Positions 31,907 through 38,949 of a stretch of 42,041 nt of DNA are shown here, piece after piece. Under the pieces are notes generated by a model. It was not told where the DNA came from. It was given only the letters and a program-made list of their open reading frames with translations, and did not search any database. Origin of the DNA: a bacterium (GTDB lineage: Bacteria; Patescibacteriota; Minisyncoccia; UBA6257; GWB1-50-10); contig DAICZV010000001.1 in the NCBI GenBank assembly GCA_027310975.1, positions 1 through 42,041 of the forward strand, given 5' to 3'. The translations under genes were made by a program, and so were the position numbers. The stretch's first letter is position 1. Each line of letters starts with the position of its first letter.

Positions 31907-32377
31907 ATGAAACGATTTTTAACGCCGCTTATCTTGGGCGTTTTGCTTATCCGGCCGATACCGGTGGATTATGCCCAGACTATGAGCCCGACGGCCTCCA
32001 CGACGGCCAAGACCGCCGCTTCCACGGTCGCAATGGCCGCGAAGCCGCGCCTGGTCGCCATCCAAGAGACCGAAGTTTGGGTGACGGCTTACGCGAGCGT
32101 CCCCCAGGAGACTGACGATACACCGTTCATCACGGCGTCCAATAAGCACGTGGCGGACGGATTCATCGCCGCTAACTTCCTGCCCTTCGGCACCAAAGTC
32201 CAAATCCCTTCCCTTTTCGGTGACAAGATCTTCACGGTTGAAGACCGGATGGCCCGCCGGATGGTCGGCTACGTGGATATCTGGATGCCGACCGTTTCGG
32301 CCGCCAAGGACTTCGGCATCCACAAGGCGCAGATAGTCGTCCTGGGCGATCCGGGAACGAACCTCGCCGAGAACTAA
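31907..32377 (+). CDS. Secreted 3D-domain (DPBB fold, MltA/RlpA-like) protein
   Basis: Signal peptide, then VWVTAYASVPQETDDTPFITASNKHVADGFIAAN...FGTKVQIP...FTVEDRM...VDIWM, with the three conserved Asp positions. Confidence 0.7.
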   Translation: MKRFLTPLILGVLLIRPIPVDYAQTMSPTASTTAKTAASTVAMAAKPRLVAIQETEVWVTAYASVPQETDDTPFITASNKHVADGFIAANFLPFGTKVQIPSLFGDKIFTVEDRMARRMVGYVDIWMPTVSAAKDFGIHKAQIVVLGDPGTNLAEN

Positions 32378-32387
32378 CACGCCGAAT

Positions 32388-32420
32388 TAAAAGACCGCCC
32401 AAGAGGCGGTCTTTTTGTTT
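32388..32420. terminator. Bidirectional terminator between the convergent 3D-domain and pilin genes
   Basis: Stem agaccgcc/ggcggtct with an A-run before it and a T-run after it. Confidence 0.75.
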
Positions 32421-32424
32421 CCAG

Positions 32425-33057
32425 TCAATCTGCGAAGCTCATGTCGTTCCCGATTTCGTAAACATTGGGATATAACCCGCCGTCCTTGGTTACCACTTCG
32501 GTCGCCGGGTTTACGTAAAACTTGACGCTTTCCATCCGCGTTTCAAATTTGTACTGGTGCGCATCCTGGATGAGGTAATATCCGCAAGTATAACGGGCGC
32601 CGTTATAACCGCCGTCCGGGCTGTACTGCCCTCCCGGACAGACGCCATTGTTATTCGGGTCCATCGGCAGACGGGAGATCGGCGAGCCTGCGGTGATGAT
32701 GCCGAAATTGATGTCCACCCACCCCGTTCCGTCAACGGCCGTTGAAGTGCTCAGGATGTCCGGAGTATTACAGTTGCCGGGCGTGCAGTCGGCCGTGCCG
32801 ATAATTGCCGTCGTCCAAAGCGGGCTGTTCAATGTGCCGGCCAGATACAGAGCGACGGCCTTATTCAACGTGGCCAAGTCCGATAACCTCGTTGAGTCCC
32901 GGCCCTCCTTCAAGAGCTCGGCCGGGTTCAAGATAAGCACGACCGCAACGGTCAAAACGGCCAGTATTGCTATGACCACCAGAAGCTCTATCAAGGTTAA
33001 CCCCCGGCTTGGATGAGACGGCGGCTTGTCCCTAAAGAGAACGCCGCGTATTTTCAT
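32425..33057 (-). CDS. Type IV pilin-like protein (prepilin-type N-terminal cleavage/methylation domain)
   Basis: Leader MKIRGVLFRDKPPSHPSRG followed by LTLIELLVVIAILAVL, with Glu at +5. Start set at the ATG at 33057, not the TTG at 33081. Confidence 0.8.
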   Translation of the reverse strand: MKIRGVLFRDKPPSHPSRGLTLIELLVVIAILAVLTVAVVLILNPAELLKEGRDSTRLSDLATLNKAVALYLAGTLNSPLWTTAIIGTADCTPGNCNTPDILSTSTAVDGTGWVDINFGIITAGSPISRLPMDPNNNGVCPGGQYSPDGGYNGARYTCGYYLIQDAHQYKFETRMESVKFYVNPATEVVTKDGGLYPNVYEIGNDMSFAD

Positions 33058-33069
33058 GTTCACTGGTTT

Positions 33070-33075
33070 ATTATA
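33070..33075 (-). promoter_or_regulatory. -10 box TATAAT 12 nt before the pilin ATG
   Basis: Minus strand GCTATAAT-AAACCAGTGAAC-ATG. Confidence 0.4.
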
Positions 33076-33079
33076 GCTC

Positions 33080-33105
33080 AACGCTCCGCCAGTCGGCGGA
33101 GCGTT
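33080..33105 (-). other. 11-bp GC-rich hairpin closing the tRNA cluster (no U-tract)
   Basis: Stem aacgctccgcc/ggcggagcgtt with a 4-nt loop. It could be a terminator or a processing hairpin. Confidence 0.4.
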
Positions 33106-33106
33106 A

Positions 33107-33198
33107 CCTTGAATGAGGAGCGAATGGTGGACCGTACCGGAATCGAACCCCGCAGTATACGCCTGCGGCGTAACTACGGGGCAGGCCGCTGACCTTTG
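33107..33198 (-). ncRNA. tRNA-linked hairpin element, copy B (trailer of tRNA-Ala) with a tRNA 3'-end-like tail
   Basis: Hairpin CCCCGTAGT-TACGC-CGCAG-GCGTA-TACTGCGGGG (33181-33148), then GGTTCGATTCCGGTACGGTCCACCA (T-loop, acceptor-like 3' strand and an encoded CCA). Confidence 0.5.
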
Positions 33199-33270
33199 TG
33201 GACCCGAGGAGAATTGGACTCCTGACCTCCGCTTTGCAAAAGCGGCGTTCTACCACTGAACTACGGGCCC
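33199..33270 (-). tRNA. tRNA-Ala (anticodon TGC) with a non-canonical T-loop
   Basis: GGGCCCG TA GTTC AGTGGTA GAAC G CCGCT TTTGCAA AGCGG AGGTC AGGAG TCCAATT CTCCT CGGGTCC A. The G3:U70 identity pair is present. The T-loop reads UCCAAUU (C at position 55). Confidence 0.85.
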
Positions 33271-33395
33271 AACTATTGTGGGCGTGGAAGGAACCCCGGT
33301 AGTATCCGCCTACGGCGGAACTACGGGGCAAGTCGGACCAGCGATCTCTGTTTTACCGTGCCCCGCACTAAAATTGCGCCTCTGTCATTGATTTG
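33271..33395 (-). ncRNA. tRNA-linked hairpin element, copy C (spacer between tRNA-Ile and tRNA-Ala)
   Basis: GCGCAATTTTAGTGCGGGG is complementary to the tRNA-Ile leader. The hairpin is CCCCGTAGT-TCCGCC-GTA-GGCGGA-TACTACCGGGG (33328-33294), and the tail is ...ACGCCCACAA. Confidence 0.5.
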
Positions 33396-33467
33396 TGCGC
33401 ATGGTAGGAATCGAACCTACGGCCTCGTTCTTATCAGGAACGCGTTCTACCACTGAACTACATGCGC
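33396..33467 (-). tRNA. tRNA-Ile (anticodon GAT)
   Basis: GCGCATG TA GTTC AGTGGTA GAAC G CGTTC CTGATAA GAACG AGGCC GTAGG TTCGATT CCTAC CATGCGC A. 72 nt, no encoded CCA. Confidence 0.9.
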
Positions 33468-33511
33468 AATTTTCAGTGCGGGGTCAGGCAGCGTTCTACC
33501 GCCTTAAACAG

Positions 33512-33727
33512 TTACTGGTTCAAGTTTAGATTTTGGAAACCCTGGATGTCAAATTGCACCTGGGGCGGCGGCGTCGGCGGCACGGCCAGGGCCGCATTGA
33601 AACTTTCTCCCAAATAGACGACGCCCCAGATAACGAAGATGCCGGTCAAGACGACCATAAGGATGGCGAGAAGGAGGAACAGTGATTGCTGGGAGAACCT
33701 TTTTAACTTTTTGAAAGCTTGGGCCAT
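33512..33727 (-). CDS. Small single-pass membrane protein (71 aa)
   Basis: One TM helix (LFLLLAILMVVLTGIFVIWGVVYL). Only 1 nt separates it from the upstream PilO-like gene. Confidence 0.45.
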   Translation of the reverse strand: MAQAFKKLKRFSQQSLFLLLAILMVVLTGIFVIWGVVYLGESFNAALAVPPTPPPQVQFDIQGFQNLNLNQ

Positions 33728-33728
33728 T

Positions 33729-34253
33729 TTAGCGGTAATAGACGCGGCCGTTCACGGCCAAGTTGAGCTGGCCGCCCGACGAGCGGATGGAGACGTTGTC
33801 TACGGAGCTAAGATCGTGGAAGTTCGTGAGCGCCTTAAGGAACGAAAGCAGGTCGGGGAGATTACCCGATGTGATTGTGAGATTGTATCCCAAACTGCCC
33901 AGGCTGTTCCCGCTCGGCGACGTTTGGCCGGCGAAAGAAAAACCATAACCGAGCTTGTAAGGCATCGCGAGCGACTGCAGTTCGGCATTCAGGTTTATCA
34001 GGCTGTCGTAGGTCGGCACGACGTTCTGGAGCGCGTTCAAGTCGGTCTGGACGCTCACGTTGTACTGCCGCTGAAGCAAGGCCAGGTTGTTCAAGGCCTG
34101 GGTCCGGCTCGCGAGCAGCGCCCGCGTCTGCGTAATCCTTGCGATGTAATCGTCCACGTTGCCTTTGAAGAACAGTATCCCGGCTAGGAGAGCTACAATT
34201 ACGATGGCCGTGATGGAGAGCTCAATTATGAGCCGCTTTTTAAAATCGTTCAT
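33729..34253 (-). CDS. PilO/PilN-like bitopic pilus-assembly protein (tentative)
   Basis: 174 aa with an N-terminal TM helix, a coiled-coil segment and a C-terminal alpha/beta region. It lies near the pilin gene. The call rests on architecture only. Confidence 0.4.
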   Translation of the reverse strand: MNDFKKRLIIELSITAIVIVALLAGILFFKGNVDDYIARITQTRALLASRTQALNNLALLQRQYNVSVQTDLNALQNVVPTYDSLINLNAELQSLAMPYKLGYGFSFAGQTSPSGNSLGSLGYNLTITSGNLPDLLSFLKALTNFHDLSSVDNVSIRSSGGQLNLAVNGRVYYR

Positions 34254-34264
34254 CTCTTCCCCTT

Positions 34265-34270
34265 ATTATA
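34265..34270 (-). promoter_or_regulatory. -10 box TATAAT 11 nt before the PilO-like ATG
   Basis: Minus strand GCTATAAT-AAGGGGAAGAG-ATG. It sits back-to-back with the dprA -10 box. Confidence 0.4.
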
Positions 34271-34284
34271 GCGGACGGCTTCTA

Positions 34285-34290
34285 TATAAT
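34285..34290 (+). promoter_or_regulatory. -10 box TATAAT 8 nt before the dprA ATG (leaderless-type)
   Basis: TATATAAT-GAAGGGAT-ATG. Confidence 0.4.
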
Positions 34291-34298
34291 GAAGGGAT

Positions 34299-35201
34299 AT
34301 GGCAGGGCCGAGCATTTTGGAGATGAAAAAAGGAGACGCTCAGTACCCGGAGCTTTTGGGCCAGACCGCGGGCGCGCCGGAAAACCTTTTTTGCCTGGGT
34401 GCCCCGCCTCGTAGCGACGAGGTTACGGTCGCGATTGTCGGCACCCGCAAGGCCACGCCCGATGGGCGGCTTTTGGCCAAACGTACCGCCGCCGCCCTCG
34501 CCCGGGCGGGCGTCACGGTTGTGAGCGGCCTGGCGCTCGGCATTGACGGGGCGGCCCATGAAGGCGCGCTTGAAGGCGGCGGCCGGACGCTGGCCGTTCT
34601 TGCCCGGGGATTGGACGATGTTTATCCCCAGGCGCACGTTGGCCTGGCCAGAAAAATAGTTGAACAGGGCGGCGCCATCCTCTCCGAATATCCGGTCGGC
34701 ACCCCTCCCCTGCAGCATCAGTTTCTGGAACGCAATCGCATCATCGCGGGCCTTTCGGTCGGGACCGTGATTGTGGAAGCCCCCATCCATTCCGGGGCCC
34801 TCGTCACCGCGCGTTGCGCGGCCGAAGCGGGCCGGGAGGTTTACGTTTTCCCCGGATCGGCCGGGAGTCCGAACTACGCCGGCTCCCATCTTTTGATCCG
34901 CAGCGGCGCGCGCCTCGTCGCATCGGCCGAAGATATTTTGGAAGACCTGGCATCCGTTTTGCCGAACTACGGCTTGGCATTGCCGAAAGAAGATGCCAGC
35001 CGCACCGAGCCGGAGGACGCGACCGACCGCGCAATTTTCCTGGCCCTGGCGGAAGCGTCCGGCGCCCTCACGATTGACAACCTCGCTCAATTAGTTAATC
35101 TTGAGACCCATATAGTGTCCGAGCGCCTGACCTATCTCATCCTGCGCGATATGGTAACGGAAAACGGCGGTCGGTACGCTTTGAAGAAAAAAATAAAATG
35201 A
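34299..35201 (+). CDS. dprA: DNA-processing protein DprA (Smf)
   Basis: VAIVGTRKATPDG, VVSGLALGIDGAAHEGAL, FLERNRIIAGLS and a C-terminal winged-helix-like tail. Confidence 0.88.
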   Translation: MAGPSILEMKKGDAQYPELLGQTAGAPENLFCLGAPPRSDEVTVAIVGTRKATPDGRLLAKRTAAALARAGVTVVSGLALGIDGAAHEGALEGGGRTLAVLARGLDDVYPQAHVGLARKIVEQGGAILSEYPVGTPPLQHQFLERNRIIAGLSVGTVIVEAPIHSGALVTARCAAEAGREVYVFPGSAGSPNYAGSHLLIRSGARLVASAEDILEDLASVLPNYGLALPKEDASRTEPEDATDRAIFLALAEASGALTIDNLAQLVNLETHIVSERLTYLILRDMVTENGGRYALKKKIK

Positions 35202-37369
35202 AAAGTCTCGTCATCGTAGAATCGCCGACCAAAGCCAAAACTATATCCAAATACCTGGATAAGTCCTTTGAGATCCGGGCGAGCGTCGGTCATATTCGCG
35301 ACCTCCCCAAGAACAACAAAAAAGCCATAGATATTCCGGGCGGCTTTAAGCCGACGTATGAAGTGGTGAAAGGCAAAGAACCGGTCGTCGCCGAACTCAA
35401 AAAACTCGCAAAGAAGGCCGACCGGGTCTATCTCGCGACCGACCCGGACCGCGAAGGTGAGGCCATTGCCTGGCACATCGCGGAGACCATCGGCTTGGAC
35501 GAAACCAAGGCCGACCGCATCGCCTTCCACGAGATAACCGAACCGGCCATTAAAGAGGCCATGGCCCATCCCCGGCGGATAGATCTGAACTTGCTGAAAG
35601 CCCAAGAGGCCCGGCGCGTCCTGGACCGGCTTTTCGGCTACGACCTTTCCGGCCTCATCTGGAAAAAGGTCCGCTACGGCCTTTCGGCCGGGCGCGTCCA
35701 GTCGCCGGCCCTCCGGATACTCGTGGAGCGCGAGCGCGAGGTCCAGGCCTTCAAACCGGAGGCCTTTTACGTGATAGAAGGCAGTTTCGCGGCCAAACAG
35801 GGCTCCCTGACGCTTACCTGCGCCGAACAGCCGAAAAGCTCATCCGAGGCCGAACGCATCGTCGCCGAGGCCAAGCGGGGCGCCTGGAACATTTTAGACG
35901 TGAAACAGACCAAGGTTCGGCGCGCGCCCCGGCCGCCCTTCACCACCTCTACGCTCCAGCAGTCGGCCAGTTCGCGCCTTGGGTTCTCCCCTTCCCGCAC
36001 AATGGGCGTTGCCCAAAAACTTTACGAACAGGGTCTCATTACTTATATGCGCACCGACAGCTTTGCCATCAGCAAAGAGGTCTTGCCGGCCATTCTCGCG
36101 CAGGTGGAAAAGGAGTTCGGCAAGGAATACGTCCAGCCGCGGGTCTACGCCACGAAGAGCAAGACGGCCCAGGAAGCTCACGAGGCCGTTCGGCCGACGC
36201 AGTTCGCCAAAAAGTCCGCCGGCGGAAACGAGGAGCAGAAAAAACTGTATGTCCTTATTCGCGAACGGGCCCTGGCGAGCCAGATGGCGGACGCGGAACT
36301 TTTGCGGACGACCATTGCGGCGAATATTGCGGACAAGGCCATCCCGAATTTTACGGCGACCGGCAGTATCATCGCCTTCCCCGGATGGCTCGCGGGCGAC
36401 CCGCGGTCCAAGGGAGAGGAGAAGGAACTGCCGCCCGTCGGCGCGGGCGAAAAACTAGAGTTGAAGGAAATTACGAGCGAAGAAAAATTCACCGAACCGC
36501 CGCCGCGCTACACCGAGGCGGGGCTCGTGCGGGAGCTAGAAAAACGCGAAATCGGCCGGCCTTCCACTTACGCCGCCATCATCGCGACGCTCCTTAAAAG
36601 GAATTACGTGGAAAAGCTCGGCAAGGCCTTGAAGCCGACGGACACGGGCGACGTCGTCTCGTCTTTTTTGGAAAAGAACTTTCCCGATTACGTGAGCGAC
36701 ACATTCACGGCCGAGATGGAGAATGACCTGGACGAAATTGCCGACGGCAAGCGGGATTACGAAAAGACCCTCAAGGATTTTTACATTCCCTTCTCCAAAG
36801 AGGTGAAGTCCAAGGACAAACTGGAAAAGGCGACGACCCTGGGCGAGGACGACCGGTTCGTCTGTCCCCTGGACCCGAGCCACGGCCCGATGCTCGTGAA
36901 GCTCTCGCGGTCCGGCAAGTTTTTGAGCTGCCGGCTTTTCCCCAAGTGCTTGGGGGCGCGGAAGATAGATGGCTCGGTTATGGAACCGCCCAAAGAGACC
37001 GGCGAGGACTGCCCGGAGTGCAAGGTGGGCAAACTGGTGGAAAAGGAGGGCCGTTTCGGCAAGTTCATCGCCTGCTCGCGCTATCCAAAGTGCAAGTACA
37101 TAAAACAGAGCGAGAACGGCAATAACCTGGGCGGGACAGGCGTAAAGTGCCCAGAGGACGGCGGCGAGATCGTGGAGCGCCACGGCCGCTTCGGACCGTT
37201 CTTCAGCTGTTCCAACTACCCGAAGTGCAAATTCATAATCAAATCAAAACCGACTGGCGCAAAATGCCCGCTTTGCGGAGCGCTGATGATGCAAGGAACA
37301 AAAACAATTCCTGAAAGGTGTTCAAACAAGAGTTGCATCAATCATAATCCTCACAAAATTAAATCCTAG
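35198..37369 (+). CDS. topA: DNA topoisomerase I
   Basis: Toprim N-terminus LVIVESPTKAKTISKYL, an ITYMRTDS active-site Tyr region, and four C-terminal Cys4 zinc ribbons. The start overlaps the dprA stop (ATGA). Confidence 0.95.
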   Translation: MKSLVIVESPTKAKTISKYLDKSFEIRASVGHIRDLPKNNKKAIDIPGGFKPTYEVVKGKEPVVAELKKLAKKADRVYLATDPDREGEAIAWHIAETIGLDETKADRIAFHEITEPAIKEAMAHPRRIDLNLLKAQEARRVLDRLFGYDLSGLIWKKVRYGLSAGRVQSPALRILVEREREVQAFKPEAFYVIEGSFAAKQGSLTLTCAEQPKSSSEAERIVAEAKRGAWNILDVKQTKVRRAPRPPFTTSTLQQSASSRLGFSPSRTMGVAQKLYEQGLITYMRTDSFAISKEVLPAILAQVEKEFGKEYVQPRVYATKSKTAQEAHEAVRPTQFAKKSAGGNEEQKKLYVLIRERALASQMADAELLRTTIAANIADKAIPNFTATGSIIAFPGWLAGDPRSKGEEKELPPVGAGEKLELKEITSEEKFTEPPPRYTEAGLVRELEKREIGRPSTYAAIIATLLKRNYVEKLGKALKPTDTGDVVSSFLEKNFPDYVSDTFTAEMENDLDEIADGKRDYEKTLKDFYIPFSKEVKSKDKLEKATTLGEDDRFVCPLDPSHGPMLVKLSRSGKFLSCRLFPKCLGARKIDGSVMEPPKETGEDCPECKVGKLVEKEGRFGKFIACSRYPKCKYIKQSENGNNLGGTGVKCPEDGGEIVERHGRFGPFFSCSNYPKCKFIIKSKPTGAKCPLCGALMMQGTKTIPERCSNKSCINHNPHKIKS

Positions 37370-37417
37370 TTCCGCAGTCCGCCGAAGCTTTAGCGTAGGC
37401 GGAGAGGGCGCTCGAAA

Positions 37418-38179
37418 CTAGAAGGACGTTAGTATCTCCGCCCCGCTTTTAGTGATGGCGATGGTCTTTTCAAAATGGGCGCTTAAACTGCCGTCCGCCG
37501 TGTAATAGCTGTCGTCCTTCGCCTGTTTGATTTGGGGCGAACCGATGCTCACCATCGGCTCAATGGCCAGCACGAGCCCGGGCTGAAGCCTCATCCCCTC
37601 GCCCCGCCGGCCGTAGTTGTAGACCGTCGGGTCCTCGTGGAGCTTGAAGCCGGTGCCGTGGCCCGTGAGGCCCTGGACGACGCTCAGGCCGTTTTTTTCT
37701 ACGCAGGATTCAATGGCATAGCCGATGTCGCCCAAGCTGCCGCCGTTTCTCGCAGCGGAGAGGCCTTCCTTCAGGGATTCTTCCGTCACGGTCATAAGCT
37801 TTTTCGCCGCGGCGGATACCTTACCGATCCCGACCGTAAGGGCCGCGTCCGTGACATAACCTTTATAGACGACTCCGAAGTCTATTTTTAAAATATCGCC
37901 GTCCTTGAGCTCGCGGTTGCGCGGCATGCCGTGGACGATTTGGTCGTTCAAGGAGAGGCAGAGAGCGGCCGGATAAGGCGCGGCTGCGCCTTCCGGTTTA
38001 TAGTTCAAAAAGGCGGCCGTTGCCCCTTCTTCTTTGAGCATTTCCCGGGCGAGGTTCTCCAGTTCCAGCAGGTTCGCGCCGGCGATGGCGCTCTCTTTCA
38101 CGGCGATGAGTATCCGCGTAAGTATCTGCCCGGAAGTCCGCAGACCTTCCAGGTCCTTTTCTTTCTTGAGTCGTATCAT
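37418..38179 (-). CDS. map: Type I methionine aminopeptidase
   Basis: Metal ligands occur in DILKIDFGVVYKGYVTD, GLTGHGTG and LAIEPM. Confidence 0.92.
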   Translation of the reverse strand: MIRLKKEKDLEGLRTSGQILTRILIAVKESAIAGANLLELENLAREMLKEEGATAAFLNYKPEGAAAPYPAALCLSLNDQIVHGMPRNRELKDGDILKIDFGVVYKGYVTDAALTVGIGKVSAAAKKLMTVTEESLKEGLSAARNGGSLGDIGYAIESCVEKNGLSVVQGLTGHGTGFKLHEDPTVYNYGRRGEGMRLQPGLVLAIEPMVSIGSPQIKQAKDDSYYTADGSLSAHFEKTIAITKSGAEILTSF

Positions 38180-38862
38180 TTTTTCAATTTAAGGATTTGA
38201 GCGATCTTTTCGGAAACGGCATAGGGGGCCGGCACGCCATTAATGGCTGCCACCGGATATTTTTTCTTTTTCATCGTATCTATCATCGGCTTGGTCCGAA
38301 CGGCATATTCTTTCAGGCGCTCCTTGATGACCCGGGGATCGTCCAAGGTCCGGGTTTTAGTTTTACCGTCGCAAAGCGGACATCGGGGATGCGCAACGTT
38401 CGCCAGCACTTGGAGTCCGCAAACGGAACAAACGCGCCGCTTGCTGTTTCTCGCTATGGAGGCCGAGGCCGGGATTTGGAGCACTAGTACGCGCACGTTC
38501 CGCTTGCCGTATTCCGCCTCAAGCAGACGCATCAGCCCTTCGGTCTTCTCGTCGCCGAAGGCCTCATACATGGTGCGGGGCGAACCGCTGTAAACGATGT
38601 TCGCGCCGAGCGAGGCGAGCTTTTTGGTCTCATTTTTGACTATCTTCAATACGAAGGAGGGCGTGCACAGCTTGCCGGTGTCAAAGTTGATGCGCTCCCT
38701 TTTCAAAACCTGGTCCTTGGCCGCTTCTTTGGAATGGACGGTATTTTCCAGGTAACGACCGGTATCAAAGTTCAAAAAACCGTAACGGCGGGCTAAAAGC
38801 TCCGCCTGCGTCCCCTTCCCCGCCCCCGGAGGGCCAAATATGATGACCGCCTGCTTAGGCAT
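38176..38862 (-). CDS. adk: Adenylate kinase (zinc-lid type)
   Basis: P-loop GPPGAGKGTQ and a lid with CSVCG...CPLCDG. The stop overlaps the map start (ATGA). Confidence 0.9.
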   Translation of the reverse strand: MPKQAVIIFGPPGAGKGTQAELLARRYGFLNFDTGRYLENTVHSKEAAKDQVLKRERINFDTGKLCTPSFVLKIVKNETKKLASLGANIVYSGSPRTMYEAFGDEKTEGLMRLLEAEYGKRNVRVLVLQIPASASIARNSKRRVCSVCGLQVLANVAHPRCPLCDGKTKTRTLDDPRVIKERLKEYAVRTKPMIDTMKKKKYPVAAINGVPAPYAVSEKIAQILKLKK

Positions 38863-38877
38863 CGTTTGATGTCATTG

Positions 38878-38883
38878 ATTATA
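38878..38883 (-). promoter_or_regulatory. -10 box TATAAT 15 nt before the adk ATG
   Basis: Minus strand GGTATAAT-CAATGACATCAAACG-ATG. Confidence 0.4.
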
Positions 38884-38892
38884 CCCAAATAT

Positions 38893-38934
38893 CTTTAAAA
38901 TTAAAAATGTTAGGGAGTTGAGTTCCCTAACATT
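38893..38934 (-). terminator. Rho-independent terminator after secY (REP-like palindrome)
   Basis: Minus strand AATGTTAGGGA-ACTCAAC-TCCCTAACATT followed by TTTAATTTTAAAG. It belongs to the same AATGTnnGGGAG word family as 7173-7202. Confidence 0.65.
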
Positions 38935-38949
38935 TGAGAAAGTTAAGCC

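Noticed and set aside
33107-33198. Element B, and likewise copies A and C, interpreted as a bona fide tRNA gene, possibly intron-containing.
   Set aside because: I could not build a cloverleaf. The T-stem would have only 2 base pairs (CGGGG versus CCGGT). No 5' acceptor strand (GGACCGT) exists nearby. There is no anticodon arm. The conserved part is one continuous hairpin.
33104-33331. The 75-aa ORF on the minus strand.
   Set aside because: It is read straight through tRNA-Ala and both hairpin elements, and it has no RBS. It is an artefact of ORF calling.
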